Assembly: GCA_964653365.1 (NCBI GenBank)
Contig: CAZZER010000004.1
Location: 8,429-72,428, forward strand
Source: an uncultured Candidatus Thioglobus sp.
GTDB taxonomy: Bacteria > Pseudomonadota > Gammaproteobacteria > PS1 > Pseudothioglobaceae
Direction of reading: 5' to 3'
Length of the DNA: 64,000 bases
The notes beneath the pieces were generated by a model. It saw only the letters and a list, made by a program, of their open reading frames with translations. It had not been told where the DNA came from and ran no database searches. Positions within the stretch are counted from its first letter, which is position 1; the number at the start of each line of letters is the position of its first letter. Both the position numbers and the translations under genes were made by a program. Positions 1 to 10,208 of this stretch are shown here, piece after piece.

Positions 1-2657
1 TCGTATTCTTCATTAATTTGTTTAAGTAGCTCAGGCTTTAAATCATTTGAAAGCAGCGAGGTAGCAACACCAACTGCTTTAGAGGCGTCTTGCACATGGA
101 TAACGCCGTTAGCATATTCGGGTTGTACTTTGACTGCGGTATGTGCTTTAGAGGTGGTTGCACCGCCAATCAGGAGTGGAATGTCAAACCCTTGTCGAGT
201 CAACTCTTTGCCGACAAATACCATTTCATCGAGCGATGGTGTGATTAAGCCAGACAAGCCGATAAGGTCAACGTTTTCCTTTGTCGCTGTTGCAAGAATC
301 TCGTCGGAGGGTACCATGACGCCAAGATCAATAACCTCAAAGTTGTTACATTGCAGGACAACTCCCACAATATTTTTTCCAATATCATGAACATCGCCCT
401 TAACTGTTGCCATAACAATTTTTGGTTTAACTGTGTCTCCAAAATCTTGCTTTTCTGCTTCTAAAAATGGATCTAAATAGGCGACTGATTTTTTCATCAC
501 CCGTGCAGATTTAACCACTTGCGGGAGAAACATTCTGCCAGCACCAAACAGATCGCCAACAACGTTCATGCCATCCATGAGTGGTCCTTCGATAACATAA
601 ATGGGGCGACCTAGTTTATCTAGCGCCTCTTGGGTGTCGGCATCGATGAATTCAGTAATACCTTTGACTAGTGAATGTTCTAGGCGTTTTTCAACCGACC
701 ATGTTCGCCATTCTAAATCACGCTTGTTTTCTTGGGCTTCGCCGCTAGTTGAGAATTTCGGTGCAATTCCAACCAGGCGCTCACCAGCCTCATCGTCTTT
801 GTTAAGCACGATATCTTCAACCGCTTTTTTTAGTTCCTCATCGATATCATCGTAAACTACCAGTTGCCCTGCATTTACAATACCCATGGTCATCCCTGCA
901 TTTACGGCATGGTATAAGAATGCTGAGTGGATGGCTTCACGCACTGGGTTATTGCCTCTAAAAGAAAACGAGACATTGGAAACACCACCAGAGACTTTGG
1001 CATAAGGCAGGGTGGTAGTGATGGCTCGTGTTGCCTCGATAAAATCAAGACCGTAGTTGTTGTGTTCTTCAATACCGGTGGCAATGGCGAAAATATTGGG
1101 ATCAAAGATAATATCCTCTGCGGGAAAATTAACCTCGTCGACTAGAATATTGTAAGCATTAGTGCAGATTTCTACCTTTCGTTGCAAAGTATCTGCTTGG
1201 CCTTCTTCATCAAAGGCCATCACAATAATTGCAGCACCGTAGCGTTTGCAAAGATTGGCATACTTAACGAAATTGTCTTTTCCTTCTTTGAGAGAAATAG
1301 AATTGACGACCGCCTTACCTTGTGAACATTTAAGGCCAGCCTCAATAATTTCCCACTTTGAAGAATCAATCATAAGTGGCACTTTGGCAATGTCTGGCTC
1401 AGAAGCAATTAAGTTAAGGAAGCGAATCATTGCCGCTTCCCCGTCAAGCATGCCTTCGTCCATATTAACATCAACCATTTGCGCACCGTCTTCGACTTGT
1501 GTTTGGCAAATATCAAGCGCTTCCTCGTATTCTTCGTTGAGGATTAAGCGCTTAAACTTGGCCGAACCAGTAATATTGGCGCGCTCACCGACATTGACAA
1601 ATAAAGAGTCATCACCAATATTAAATGCTTCTAAGCCAGATAAACGACATTCTGGTTTGATATCAGGTAGTCGCCTTGGAGGCAAGCCGTCGATAGCATC
1701 GACAATTGCTTTGATGTGTTCGGGTGTCGAGCCACAACAACCACCCAGGATGTTAACCAGCCCTGAAGTCGCCCATTCAGCTACTTGCTCACTCATGCTA
1801 ATAGCGTCGAGCTCATATTCACCAAATTCGTTTGGCAGCCCGGCATTGGGATGAGCAGAAATATAGGTTTCGCTAACACGAGATAACTCGGCCACATACT
1901 GACGAAGGGAATCGGGACCTAGTGCACAATTTAGTCCTATTGAGATTGGTTTAGCATGGCGCAAGGAATTGTAAAAAGCTTCGGTTACTTGCCCAGAAAG
2001 GGTTCGACCTGAAGCATCAGTTATAGTTCCAGAAATCATTATTGGCAATTCAACATAGTCTTCTGCAAAGACTTGCTGCACTGCAAAAATAGCGGCTTTG
2101 GCGTTGAGTGTATCGAAGATTGTTTCAATTAGTATAAGGTCTGACCCTCCTTCAATGAGTCCACGAGTTGACTCTGAATAGACTTCTACTAATTCGTCAA
2201 AAGTAACGTTACGAAATCCAGGATCATTGACATCTGGTGAGAGTGAACAGGTACGCGAAGTTGGACCAATCACACCTGCAACAAATCTCGGTTTGTCAGC
2301 AGTTGAGAATTCATTAGTAATGTTTTTGGCTAATTGTGCAGATGCAAAATTAATCTCGTAGGCAAGATTCTCCATCTCGTAATCTGCCATTGAGATGCGG
2401 TTAGAGTTAAAAGTATTGGTTTCAATAATATCTGCACCAACCTCAAGAAAGGACCTATGAATATCACTGATAATGTGCGGCTGTGTTAAAGTTAGAAGAT
2501 CGTTGTTGCCCTGAACCAAGGTATGCCAATCTTTGAAGCGTTCACCACGATAATCAGCTTCTTGTAATTTGTGCCGTTGAATCATGGTGCCCATAGCGCC
2601 GTCTAATACTAGTATTCGTTGACTTAGAAGGCTTTTCAATACTGTTTTTACACTCAT
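1..2657 (-). CDS. metH: Cobalamin-dependent methionine synthase, N-terminal ~885 codons (C-terminal part runs off the window start)
   Basis: Absent from the ORF track because it has no stop in the window. My minus-strand translation from the ATG (revcomp of cat 2655-2657) reads [27 protein letters not shown]... and stays open to base 1. Revcomp of ~361-400 encodes [13 protein letters not shown], the DxHxxG B12-binding motif. Confidence 0.9.
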   Translation of the reverse strand, partial: MSVKTVLKSLLSQRILVLDGAMGTMIQRHKLQEADYRGERFKDWHTLVQGNNDLLTLTQPHIISDIHRSFLEVGADIIETNTFNSNRISMADYEMENLAYEINFASAQLAKNITNEFSTADKPRFVAGVIGPTSRTCSLSPDVNDPGFRNVTFDELVEVYSESTRGLIEGGSDLILIETIFDTLNAKAAIFAVQQVFAEDYVELPIMISGTITDASGRTLSGQVTEAFYNSLRHAKPISIGLNCALGPDSLRQYVAELSRVSETYISAHPNAGLPNEFGEYELDAISMSEQVAEWATSGLVNILGGCCGSTPEHIKAIVDAIDGLPPRRLPDIKPECRLSGLEAFNIGDDSLFVNVGERANITGSAKFKRLILNEEYEEALDICQTQVEDGAQMVDVNMDEGMLDGEAAMIRFLNLIASEPDIAKVPLMIDSSKWEIIEAGLKCSQGKAVVNSISLKEGKDNFVKYANLCKRYGAAIIVMAFDEEGQADTLQRKVEICTNAYNILVDEVNFPAEDIIFDPNIFAIATGIEEHNNYGLDFIEATRAITTTLPYAKVSGGVSNVSFSFRGNNPVREAIHSAFLYHAVNAGMTMGIVNAGQLVVYDDIDEELKKAVEDIVLNKDDEAGERLVGIAPKFSTSGEAQENKRDLEWRTWSVEKRLEHSLVKGITEFIDADTQEALDKLGRPIYVIEGPLMDGMNVVGDLFGAGRMFLPQVVKSARVMKKSVAYLDPFLEAEKQDFGDTVKPKIVMATVKGDVHDIGKNIVGVVLQCNNFEVIDLGVMVPSDEILATATKENVDLIGLSGLITPSLDEMVFVGKELTRQGFDIPLLIGGATTSKAHTAVKVQPEYANGVIHVQDASKAVGVATSLLSNDLKPELLKQINEEY

Positions 2658-2837
2658 GAAATGGTATGATTGATTCTAAAAATGAGTTGAAATGGCCTTA
2701 CAAGAGGCAATTCTTAGATTGAATTACTCGATAAACAAGATTAAAAAATCTATTTTAATTATTTTAATAATTGGAATAGCCCTATTTTTTAAAGTTTATT
2801 ATTTAAAAGACTTAAACAAAATTTAAAGCAAAAAAAT

Positions 2838-2872
2838 CTGGACTATTATTTTTCAACTTTCTGGTTCTATAG
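2838..2872 (+). promoter_or_regulatory. Candidate TauR (MocR) operator, box A: CTGGAC-N17-CTGGTTCTATAG, abutting a TTGCCA(2874-2879)-17 nt-TAGACT(2897-2902) promoter upstream of tauA
   Basis: 26 of 35 positions are identical to a box at 10209-10243, including an identical 15-mer TTTCTGGTTCTATAG. It contains an internal direct repeat of CTGG with a 23-bp period. Confidence 0.45.
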
Positions 2873-3038
2873 TTTGCCAAATCGTCTCAAATAGCTTAGA
2901 CTAGAATTCTCATTGCTAATAAGAGTTCATTATTAACACAAGAATATTGGATTAATTTTTTTTTAATCTGTGTTAGGCAATGAGTTTTCTATAGCTAAAT
3001 AGTGAAATAGTTCACTATAAAAATCTAAAGGAGAAACT

Positions 3039-4034
3039 ATGAAAAATATTTACAAAAAAATTGGCGTCACAGCTGTAAGTGCTATGGCTGCCGCAAACGT
3101 TATGGCTCTTGACGAGTTAAACGTTGCATATTTTGAAGAATGGCCGATGCCTTTTGAGTACGCAAAGCAAATTGGCGCGTATGACGAAGCCTTGGGCATG
3201 AAGGTAAACTGGAAGGCATTTGGTACGGGTACTGCAATGTCTGCAGCTATGGCCTCAGGTGATATTGATATTTCCGTGAGTCAGGGTGTCCCGCCATTTA
3301 TTGTGGCAGCATCAACTGGCCAGGATTTACAAATTGTTGACGTAGCAGTAAGCTATGCTGATAACGACAACTGTGTTGTTGCATCAGCTTTAGAAATTGA
3401 TGCAAGCAACGCTTCAGAGTTAGCCGGTAAGAAATTTTCTGTGCCAATTGGTACTGCCGCTCACTACGGCTTCTTAAAGCAAATGGAACACTTTGGTGTT
3501 GACGTTGCTTCATTGCAAGTTGTAGATATGGCGCCACCTGAAGGTGCAGCAGCTTTTGCACAAGGCAGTGTTGACGTATTCTGTGGTTGGGGTGGCTCAC
3601 TTCGCCGTGCTCTAGAGCATGGTAATGTTCTTTTGACTGGTGCAGAAAAAGTCGCGCTTGGTATCCTAGTGTGGGACGTAACCTCAACAACAGCTAGTTT
3701 TGCTGATGAAAACGCCGAAGTATTAACTACTTTCTTGGGCGTTACAGCTGCAGCCAATGCAATGTGGAACTCTGGTGGTTTTACATCACTAATGCTTCCT
3801 CATATTGCCAAAGATGCTGGTATGGATATCGCTGCAACAGCAGACACAATGGCTACCTTTGTATTCCCATCTGTTAGTTCTCAACTATCTAACGCATGGC
3901 TTGGTGGTAGTGGACAAGCCTTCCTTAAAGGTGTAGCAGATGTGTTCGTGAATGCGGGCGAAATCCCAAGCGCACGTGATTCATACGATAGTGCTGTCAA
4001 TACAAATGGTTTGCAAGTATTAGCTAATCAATAA
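3039..4034 (+). CDS. tauA: Taurine-type (NitT/TauT family) ABC transporter periplasmic substrate-binding protein
   Basis: Signal-like N-terminus MKNIYKKIGVTAVSAMAAANVMA. The pattern ASGDIDISVSQGVPPFIVAAS...GKKFSVPIGTAAHYGFLKQM...DMAPPEGAAAFAQGSVD aligns from memory with E. coli TauA. Context includes tauBC, tauR, tpa and xsc. Confidence 0.75.
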   Translation: MKNIYKKIGVTAVSAMAAANVMALDELNVAYFEEWPMPFEYAKQIGAYDEALGMKVNWKAFGTGTAMSAAMASGDIDISVSQGVPPFIVAASTGQDLQIVDVAVSYADNDNCVVASALEIDASNASELAGKKFSVPIGTAAHYGFLKQMEHFGVDVASLQVVDMAPPEGAAAFAQGSVDVFCGWGGSLRRALEHGNVLLTGAEKVALGILVWDVTSTTASFADENAEVLTTFLGVTAAANAMWNSGGFTSLMLPHIAKDAGMDIAATADTMATFVFPSVSSQLSNAWLGGSGQAFLKGVADVFVNAGEIPSARDSYDSAVNTNGLQVLANQ

Positions 4035-4089
4035 ACAACTTAAATCAGGCATGCAAACTGTCTGATAGTTTAAGTTTTTGTAAGACTCT

Positions 4090-4119
4090 AGGTGGCACAC
4101 TGTTGTGTGCCACCTTTTT
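4090..4119 (+). terminator. Intercistronic hairpin plus T-run between tauA and tauB (partial terminator or mRNA-stabilising element)
   Basis: The arms aggtggcacac / gtgtgccacct form an 11-bp perfect stem with loop tgtt, followed by ttttt. Confidence 0.6.
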
Positions 4120-4134
4120 AATAACATGAAATAA

Positions 4135-4950
4135 TTGGAGATTGATTTGAAAGGATTATCAATTGAAAACATTTCGATGCGCTTTGATCTCAAGAACGGT
4201 GATTCAATTCAAGCATTGAAAGACGTCTCTCTTGAAATAGAAGAAGGGCAAATCATTACTGTACTTGGGCCATCTGGTTGTGGCAAAACAACGCTTCTTA
4301 ATATTGTTGCAGGCTTTTTAGCGCCGACTGAAGGACGAGTTGTTCTCGACAATCAAACCGTTACTGGACCAGGCCCTGAGCGTGGTATGGTTTTTCAGCA
4401 AGGAGCGCTATTTGAGTGGATGAATGTCCGTTCAAATGTTGCCTTTGGGCCTAGAATGAAGGGCATGTCAAAAGCCGATCAAAATGAAAAAGTTGAGCAC
4501 CTTTTAGAGGTTGTTGGGCTGGCAGGCTTTGAAGACAAAGCGGTTTACGAATTATCAGGCGGTATGCAACAGCGCGTTGCCCTTGCGCGCTGTTTAGCCA
4601 ATGAGCCTGATGTTATTTTAATGGATGAGCCTCTTGGTGCACTGGATGCACTAACAAGAGAAAAAATGCAAGGATTGGTTTTAAAGCTTTGGAAAGAGAC
4701 AGGCAAAACCATCATCCTTATTACGCATTCAGTTGAAGAGGCTATTTTACTTGGTGAGCGCTTATTGGTCCTTGCTCCTAGACCTGGAAGAATACATAAA
4801 GAATACAGGTTGCCTTATGCTGAAATGGGCGTTACAACAGATTTAAGAGAAGTCAAAAAAACAGAAGGATATACAGAAACACGTGAAGAAATTCTCACCA
4901 TGATTTGGGATATGGAAGAAGAAATCATGGGTAAGGCGGGAGACAACTAA
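4135..4950 (+). CDS. tauB: Taurine-type ABC transporter ATP-binding protein
   Basis: Walker A GPSGCGKTT, signature LSGGMQQRV, Walker B ILMDEP. The start is uncertain: TTG at 4135, or TTG at 4147 six nt after GGAG. Confidence 0.8.
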   Translation: MEIDLKGLSIENISMRFDLKNGDSIQALKDVSLEIEEGQIITVLGPSGCGKTTLLNIVAGFLAPTEGRVVLDNQTVTGPGPERGMVFQQGALFEWMNVRSNVAFGPRMKGMSKADQNEKVEHLLEVVGLAGFEDKAVYELSGGMQQRVALARCLANEPDVILMDEPLGALDALTREKMQGLVLKLWKETGKTIILITHSVEEAILLGERLLVLAPRPGRIHKEYRLPYAEMGVTTDLREVKKTEGYTETREEILTMIWDMEEEIMGKAGDN

Positions 4951-6218
4951 TGGTTATTTTATTAATTTATATCGCTATTTTTGTTGGCGCTTTTTTTGCA
5001 GTCAGAACATTTGAAAAATTTAGAACTCAAAAGCAAGACTTTACCAGCCTTAAAACAGTAACCTTTGGTGATGAAAGTGCGGTTACTTCAAATCGTGCTG
5101 GTTCCATTATCTCAGTTTTGTCTATCTTCTTGATATGGGGAGCTTTTACAGGTTCAAAGCTTGTTCCTATACACGCTCCAGGTCCTTTTATTGGGGACTT
5201 TACATTTACTTATACTGCACAGAATGCAGCTGGTGAAACTGATGATGCCGAGGTGCATATTACTGTTTATGATGTACAGTCTGGCAAAACTCCTGCTAAA
5301 GCTAAAGTTGAGCCTGGCACAGGATTTGCAAAAAATGATAGCGCTAATATTGTAGCTTGGCGTAGTGGTCTAGTTAAAGTTAAGCGCAACGATACTGGCT
5401 ATAAGGAAGATGGTTATAAAGTCATTGCTATTAATGGTCAGAGCATTACACCTAGCTCGGAACTCTTTATAGAGAATGCTCGCATTTATATGACAGCTAA
5501 GGGCACTTTAAGCTTGACACCTGAAAAAGGTTGGCAGATGCAGCCGGTATGGCTACCTGCCCCTGAGACCGTTTGGGCAAGACTGATTACAGTGGCGTCA
5601 GATGGTTACAAAAATTTCACCCTAATGGAGCATCTTGGTTGGTCGCTCTTGCGGGTAGTTGTTGGGTTTTTAGCCGGTGCACTAATTGGAATTCCATTGG
5701 GTTACGCCATGGGCCTTTCTGGCTGGTTCCGTGGTTGGTTTGATCCAATTGTAGAATTTATGCGTCCAGTCCCACCGCTCGCCTTGATTCCACTGGTTAT
5801 TATTTGGTTTGGTATTGGTGAAGAGGGCAAGATAATTTTGCTATTCCTTGCTTCATTGTGGATTATGACTATATCTGCTCGAGCAGGCGTTTCTGGTGTG
5901 AAAATTAGTAAAATTCATGCCGCCTATTCGCTTGGCGCATCTAAAAAGCAAATCATGAGGCTCGTAATTGTGCCAAACAGCTTGCCAGAAATCTTCACTG
6001 GAGCGCGAGTATCCATGGGTGTTTGTTGGGGTACTGTGGTTGCTGCAGAACTTGTTGCTGCTCAAAAAGGCGCAGGTATGATGATTATTAATGCTTCGAA
6101 GTTTCAGATGACCGACCTTGTTATTATGGGTATCGTGCTGATTGGCGTGATTGGTTATGGAATCGATATCTTAATGCGAATTTCTGAGAATTATTTAGTG
6201 CCTTGGAAGGGTAAATAA
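4950..6218 (+). CDS. tauC: Taurine-type ABC transporter permease with an unusual ~205-aa N-terminal extension
   Basis: The C-terminal ~215 aa are a NitT/TauT-type permease (EFMRPVPPLALIPLVIIWFGIGEEGKI, AYSLGASKKQIMRLVIVPNSLPEIFTG). The ATG overlaps the tauB stop (TAATG). At 422 aa it is much longer than the roughly 275 aa I recall for canonical TauC. Confidence 0.75.
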   Translation: MVILLIYIAIFVGAFFAVRTFEKFRTQKQDFTSLKTVTFGDESAVTSNRAGSIISVLSIFLIWGAFTGSKLVPIHAPGPFIGDFTFTYTAQNAAGETDDAEVHITVYDVQSGKTPAKAKVEPGTGFAKNDSANIVAWRSGLVKVKRNDTGYKEDGYKVIAINGQSITPSSELFIENARIYMTAKGTLSLTPEKGWQMQPVWLPAPETVWARLITVASDGYKNFTLMEHLGWSLLRVVVGFLAGALIGIPLGYAMGLSGWFRGWFDPIVEFMRPVPPLALIPLVIIWFGIGEEGKIILLFLASLWIMTISARAGVSGVKISKIHAAYSLGASKKQIMRLVIVPNSLPEIFTGARVSMGVCWGTVVAAELVAAQKGAGMMIINASKFQMTDLVIMGIVLIGVIGYGIDILMRISENYLVPWKGK

Positions 6219-6257
6219 GATTACAATATCGGTTTTTTTGGTTGCCTTGGGGGGTAA

Positions 6258-8729
6258 ATGTCTAGCTCTATACCAACAAAAACGCAGATTGTTATTATTG
6301 GCGGCGGTGTTGTAGGCTGCTCAGTGGCTTACCACTTGTCCCATCTGGGTTATCGTGATGTTGTTCTTTTAGAACGCAAAAAACTTACTTCGGGAACAAC
6401 TTGGCATGCAGCCGGCCTTATTGGTCAGCTGCGTGCTAGTCAGAACTTGACCCAAATGGTGAAGTATTCTGGCGATTTGTACGAAACCCTTGAGGCAGAA
6501 ACAGGTGTTGCCACTGGCTTCAGGCGTTCTGGCTCAGTTGGTCTTGCCACCAATCAGGAGCGTTTTACAGAATTTAAGCGTAATGCTTCACTGGCAAAAG
6601 TTCATGGTGTTGAGGCGCACATACTTTCTCCGGCTGAGCTTAAAAATAAAATCGATTTATTTAACCTTGATGACATCGTGGGTGGTGTGTGGATCCCTCG
6701 TGATGGTAAGGCTGATCCCGCTAATATTGCTATGGCTCTTGCCAAGGGTGCAAAGAACCTCGGAGTTCAGATGTTTGAAGAGGTTAAAGTTACAGCCATC
6801 AACAAAAACCAAGGCAAAATCACTGGCGTAACAACCGATCAAGGTGATATTGAGGCTGAAATTGTTGTTAATTGTGGTGGTATGTGGGCTCGAGAACTGG
6901 GACTGATGGCAGGTGCTAATGTGCCACTTCATGCTTGCGAACATTTTTATGCACTAACCTCCCCAGTGGACAATTTAGGTGACATGCCAACCGTTCGAGT
7001 GCCTGACGAAAGTGCCTACTATAAGGAAGACGCGGGCAAAGTTCTTATTGGTTTGTTTGAGCCTAACGCAAAGCCATGGGGGCAAAACGGCATCCCTGAA
7101 GACTTCTGCTTTGATCAAATCCCTGACGATTTAGAGCATATGATGCCTTATCTTGAACTGGCGATGAATCGCCTGCCTGTGATGGAAAAGTTGGGCTTAG
7201 AGACATTTTTTAACGGCCCTGAAAGCTTTACTCCGGATGACAGTTTTCAGATGGGTGAATGCCCTGAAGTTAAGAATTTATTTGTTGCCGCAGGTTTTAA
7301 TTCAATTGGTATTCAAGCCGCTGGTGGTGCTGGTAAATATCTGGCCGAATGGATTGCTGGCGGTGAGCCACCATGCGATTTATGGGAAGTTGATATACGC
7401 CGCATGCAACCATTTCAAAACAATAAAGTCTACCTTGCAGATCGCGTCAGTGAATCTTTAGGGTATTTGTATGATAATCATTTTCCTTATCATCAATTTT
7501 CGACAGGCCGGGGTTTGCGACGCTCGCCTCTACATCGTTTTTTTGAAGAACGTGGCGCCTGCTATGGTGAAGTAGCCGGCTGGGAGCGCCCCAACTGGTT
7601 TCTATCACAGGAAGACCTTGATAAAGGTGTTGAAGCCAAATATGAATATTCTTGGGAAAAGCAAAATTGGTTTGATTATCACCGGGCGGAGCACATGGCT
7701 ATGCGCGAGACTGTTGGTATGTATGAAATGTTGTCTTTCTCAAAAATTCGCGTTAAGGGTACAGATGCAATGGACTACTTACAATATATTTGCGCGAATG
7801 ATGTAGATGTTCCAATTGGCAAGATTGTCTATACGCAATGGCTTAATCGTAAAGCTGGCATTGAAGCTGATGTTACTATTACTCGACTAGCAAAAGACGA
7901 CTACTTGGTTGTTGGTGGCTCAATGTGCGCTAATCGTGATATGAATTGGCTAGAAAAAAACTTGCCAGAAGGCGCTAATTGTGCATTTTTCGATGCCACT
8001 AATAGTGAAAACTGTTTAGCGATAATGGGGCCTAATTCGAGAGCACTATTGCAATCATTAACTGATTATGACCTGAGTCACGAGAATATGCCCTTTGGCA
8101 GCACTTGCCAGATGGCGCTTGGAATGGTCAATGTTCGTGCTCATAGACTGACTTATGTTGGAGAGCTTGGCTGGGAGATATATTTTCCCATTGAATTTTC
8201 TGAGTATGTGGCAGAGCTTTTGTTTGAAAAAGGTCAAGAATTTTCACTTAAATTATGTGGTATGCATGCCGTAGATAGCTGCCGAACTGAAAAAGCATAC
8301 CGACACTTTGGTCATGATATTACTGATGAGGATAACGTTCTTGAAGCGGGCTTGGGGTTTGCTGTAAAGCCTGACAAAAAGCCGTCAAAGTTTGGTAAAT
8401 TTATTGGTCACCAAGCTGTGCTTGAAAAGGAGGAGAAAGGTCTTGAGAAGCGCTTATTGCAGTTTCTATTGGATGATCCCGAGATTATGCTTTATCACAA
8501 TGAACCTATACTAATAGATGGCAAGGTTGTTAGTTATTTAAGTAGTGGCGCTTATGGTCATGCACTTGGGGCCTCTGTGGGTCTAGGTTATATTGATTGC
8601 GTGGCTGATGTCAGCGATGAGATGATTTTATCGAACAATTACACACTGGAAGTCGCGGGTGAAATTCAAACGGTAAAAGTATCAATAAAGCCAATGTTTG
8701 ATCCTGCTAATAGCAAAATCCGCATTTAA
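6258..8729 (+). CDS. FAD-dependent oxidoreductase fused to GcvT-like folate-binding aminomethyltransferase domains (dimethylglycine/sarcosine dehydrogenase family)
   Basis: 823 aa. N-terminal dinucleotide fold IVIIGGGVVGCSVAYHL. The C-terminal half has the GcvT-type layout (YEMLSFSKIRVKGTDA..., ...GELGWEIYFP...). Length and architecture match DMGDH/SARDH-type enzymes. Confidence 0.75.
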   Translation: MSSSIPTKTQIVIIGGGVVGCSVAYHLSHLGYRDVVLLERKKLTSGTTWHAAGLIGQLRASQNLTQMVKYSGDLYETLEAETGVATGFRRSGSVGLATNQERFTEFKRNASLAKVHGVEAHILSPAELKNKIDLFNLDDIVGGVWIPRDGKADPANIAMALAKGAKNLGVQMFEEVKVTAINKNQGKITGVTTDQGDIEAEIVVNCGGMWARELGLMAGANVPLHACEHFYALTSPVDNLGDMPTVRVPDESAYYKEDAGKVLIGLFEPNAKPWGQNGIPEDFCFDQIPDDLEHMMPYLELAMNRLPVMEKLGLETFFNGPESFTPDDSFQMGECPEVKNLFVAAGFNSIGIQAAGGAGKYLAEWIAGGEPPCDLWEVDIRRMQPFQNNKVYLADRVSESLGYLYDNHFPYHQFSTGRGLRRSPLHRFFEERGACYGEVAGWERPNWFLSQEDLDKGVEAKYEYSWEKQNWFDYHRAEHMAMRETVGMYEMLSFSKIRVKGTDAMDYLQYICANDVDVPIGKIVYTQWLNRKAGIEADVTITRLAKDDYLVVGGSMCANRDMNWLEKNLPEGANCAFFDATNSENCLAIMGPNSRALLQSLTDYDLSHENMPFGSTCQMALGMVNVRAHRLTYVGELGWEIYFPIEFSEYVAELLFEKGQEFSLKLCGMHAVDSCRTEKAYRHFGHDITDEDNVLEAGLGFAVKPDKKPSKFGKFIGHQAVLEKEEKGLEKRLLQFLLDDPEIMLYHNEPILIDGKVVSYLSSGAYGHALGASVGLGYIDCVADVSDEMILSNNYTLEVAGEIQTVKVSIKPMFDPANSKIRI

Positions 8730-8731
8730 CT

Positions 8732-10204
8732 TTATGCCATCATCATCTTGATTTGGTTGATGAGAATATCCATTCCACGATTGATTTTTCCGGTGTTAAT
8801 GGCCGAATAACCTACATGAAGATAGTTTATTGGATGATTGGCACCAAAGAATGAAGCGTGGCCAGGCCTCAGAACAACGCCTTTTTTGCTCAACTCTTCA
8901 CAGAGTAATTTGCTGTCGATAGATTCAGGAATTTTGATCCAGAAAGTGGAGCCGCCAAATGTTGGTGTGCATGAGAGCAAGGGCTCGTTTTTTATTTTTT
9001 CGTTGATGAGTCCCCAGCGTTCTTTATTTGTTCGTTGTATTTTGGCAAACATGTTGTGGTAATGACCAAGACCAATAAACAAAGCGACAGAGCGTTGATT
9101 ATTAGAGGGCACGTGTCTCATCATCAGTCGTCTAAGTGCTCTTGCTTCCTTGATAAGACTTTCGGGTGCCACGAGATAGCCTAAGCGCAAGCCTGGGGCA
9201 AATGCTTTGGAAAAACTGCCAACATAGACCACGTTGTTGTTTTTATCTAGGCTCTTGAGAGAAGGTTTGACTTTTTTAAGAAAATTGATCTCGGCTTCAT
9301 AGTCGTCCTCGATAATGACAGAGTTATGATTGGCAGCATGTTCTAATAACTGCTCTCGTCTTTCCATGCTCATAGTGACACCGGTAGGGTATTGGTGACT
9401 AGGTGTCGTATAGATTAGGTCACAATTTGGATTTATATCGTCTACAACAATTCCTTCTTTGTCGACAGCAACTGGCTCCAGTTTATCTGTTTTGTAGCTA
9501 AGAATATTGCGCACATCTGGATAGCCGGGGTTTTCAATTCCGACGGTGGTGTTATTGTCGACCAAAAGATTGGCTAGAATGTAAATGGCATTTTGGCTGC
9601 CTGAGGTAATAAGTATTTGATCTTTATTAGCCCAAATCCCTCTTTTCGGTAGCACTTTAGATTGAATTTGTTTTATTAGCGAGGGGTCGTCGGTATCTAC
9701 GTGGTCAACATTCCATTTTTTAATTTCCGGTACTGTTGAAGATAGTCTGACTACTTCCCGCCATTCATAAAAAGGAATTAAGACGTGGTCGAGTTGTCCC
9801 ACAGTAAATGGGTAAGGTTGTTTTTGCCAGTCCTCAGTTTTACTAATATTGGTTTTAGCTGAGGGTTTTTTAGTTATTAAACGGTCTATCCAGCTGGGTG
9901 CTGTATCGGCTTGTTCATGTGTGTTACCTAAAACTAGATTTTCGTAAGACGCATCACTAACAAAATAGCCCTTTCTCTCTTTTGCCTCAATATAGCCGTC
10001 ATACTCCAACTCCTTGTAAGCCGCGATCACTGTATTACGCGCTACTTTTAATTCTGCAGCCAAAGCTCTAGAGGAGGGCAGAGACTCTTTTGGACGAATT
10101 AAACCGGTGCTAATAGCATCAATTAGTTGTTGACGTATTTGCAACTGTAGCGTTCTTGGTTTGTCATGACGCAAGGAGAAGAATTGGTGCCACATTTCAT
10201 TCAT
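8732..10204 (-). CDS. tauR: MocR-subfamily GntR transcriptional regulator (wHTH plus aminotransferase-like PLP domain), TauR-like
   Basis: N-terminal GntR HTH LPSSRALAAELKVARNTVIAAYKELEYDGYIE. C-terminal fold-type-I aminotransferase-like domain with SFSKAFAPGLRLGY (PLP-lysine context). Divergent from tpa. Confidence 0.7.
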   Translation of the reverse strand: MNEMWHQFFSLRHDKPRTLQLQIRQQLIDAISTGLIRPKESLPSSRALAAELKVARNTVIAAYKELEYDGYIEAKERKGYFVSDASYENLVLGNTHEQADTAPSWIDRLITKKPSAKTNISKTEDWQKQPYPFTVGQLDHVLIPFYEWREVVRLSSTVPEIKKWNVDHVDTDDPSLIKQIQSKVLPKRGIWANKDQILITSGSQNAIYILANLLVDNNTTVGIENPGYPDVRNILSYKTDKLEPVAVDKEGIVVDDINPNCDLIYTTPSHQYPTGVTMSMERREQLLEHAANHNSVIIEDDYEAEINFLKKVKPSLKSLDKNNNVVYVGSFSKAFAPGLRLGYLVAPESLIKEARALRRLMMRHVPSNNQRSVALFIGLGHYHNMFAKIQRTNKERWGLINEKIKNEPLLSCTPTFGGSTFWIKIPESIDSKLLCEELSKKGVVLRPGHASFFGANHPINYLHVGYSAINTGKINRGMDILINQIKMMMA

Positions 10205-10208
10205 ATTT

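Noticed and set aside
130-1854. Plus-strand ORFs in the track (130-390, 601-855, 927-1145, 1246-1854, the last being 202 aa)
   Set aside because: They lie antisense to a continuous, motif-rich metH reading frame on the minus strand. Their compositions are low in complexity (S/L/P-rich), typical of shadow ORFs.
8727-8734. Convergent stops of the DMGDH-like gene and tauR only 2 nt apart; likewise lepB and the parB-like gene overlap at 63792-63795
   Set aside because: This is ordinary compaction in a streamlined genome. No structure or signal is visible in the junctions.
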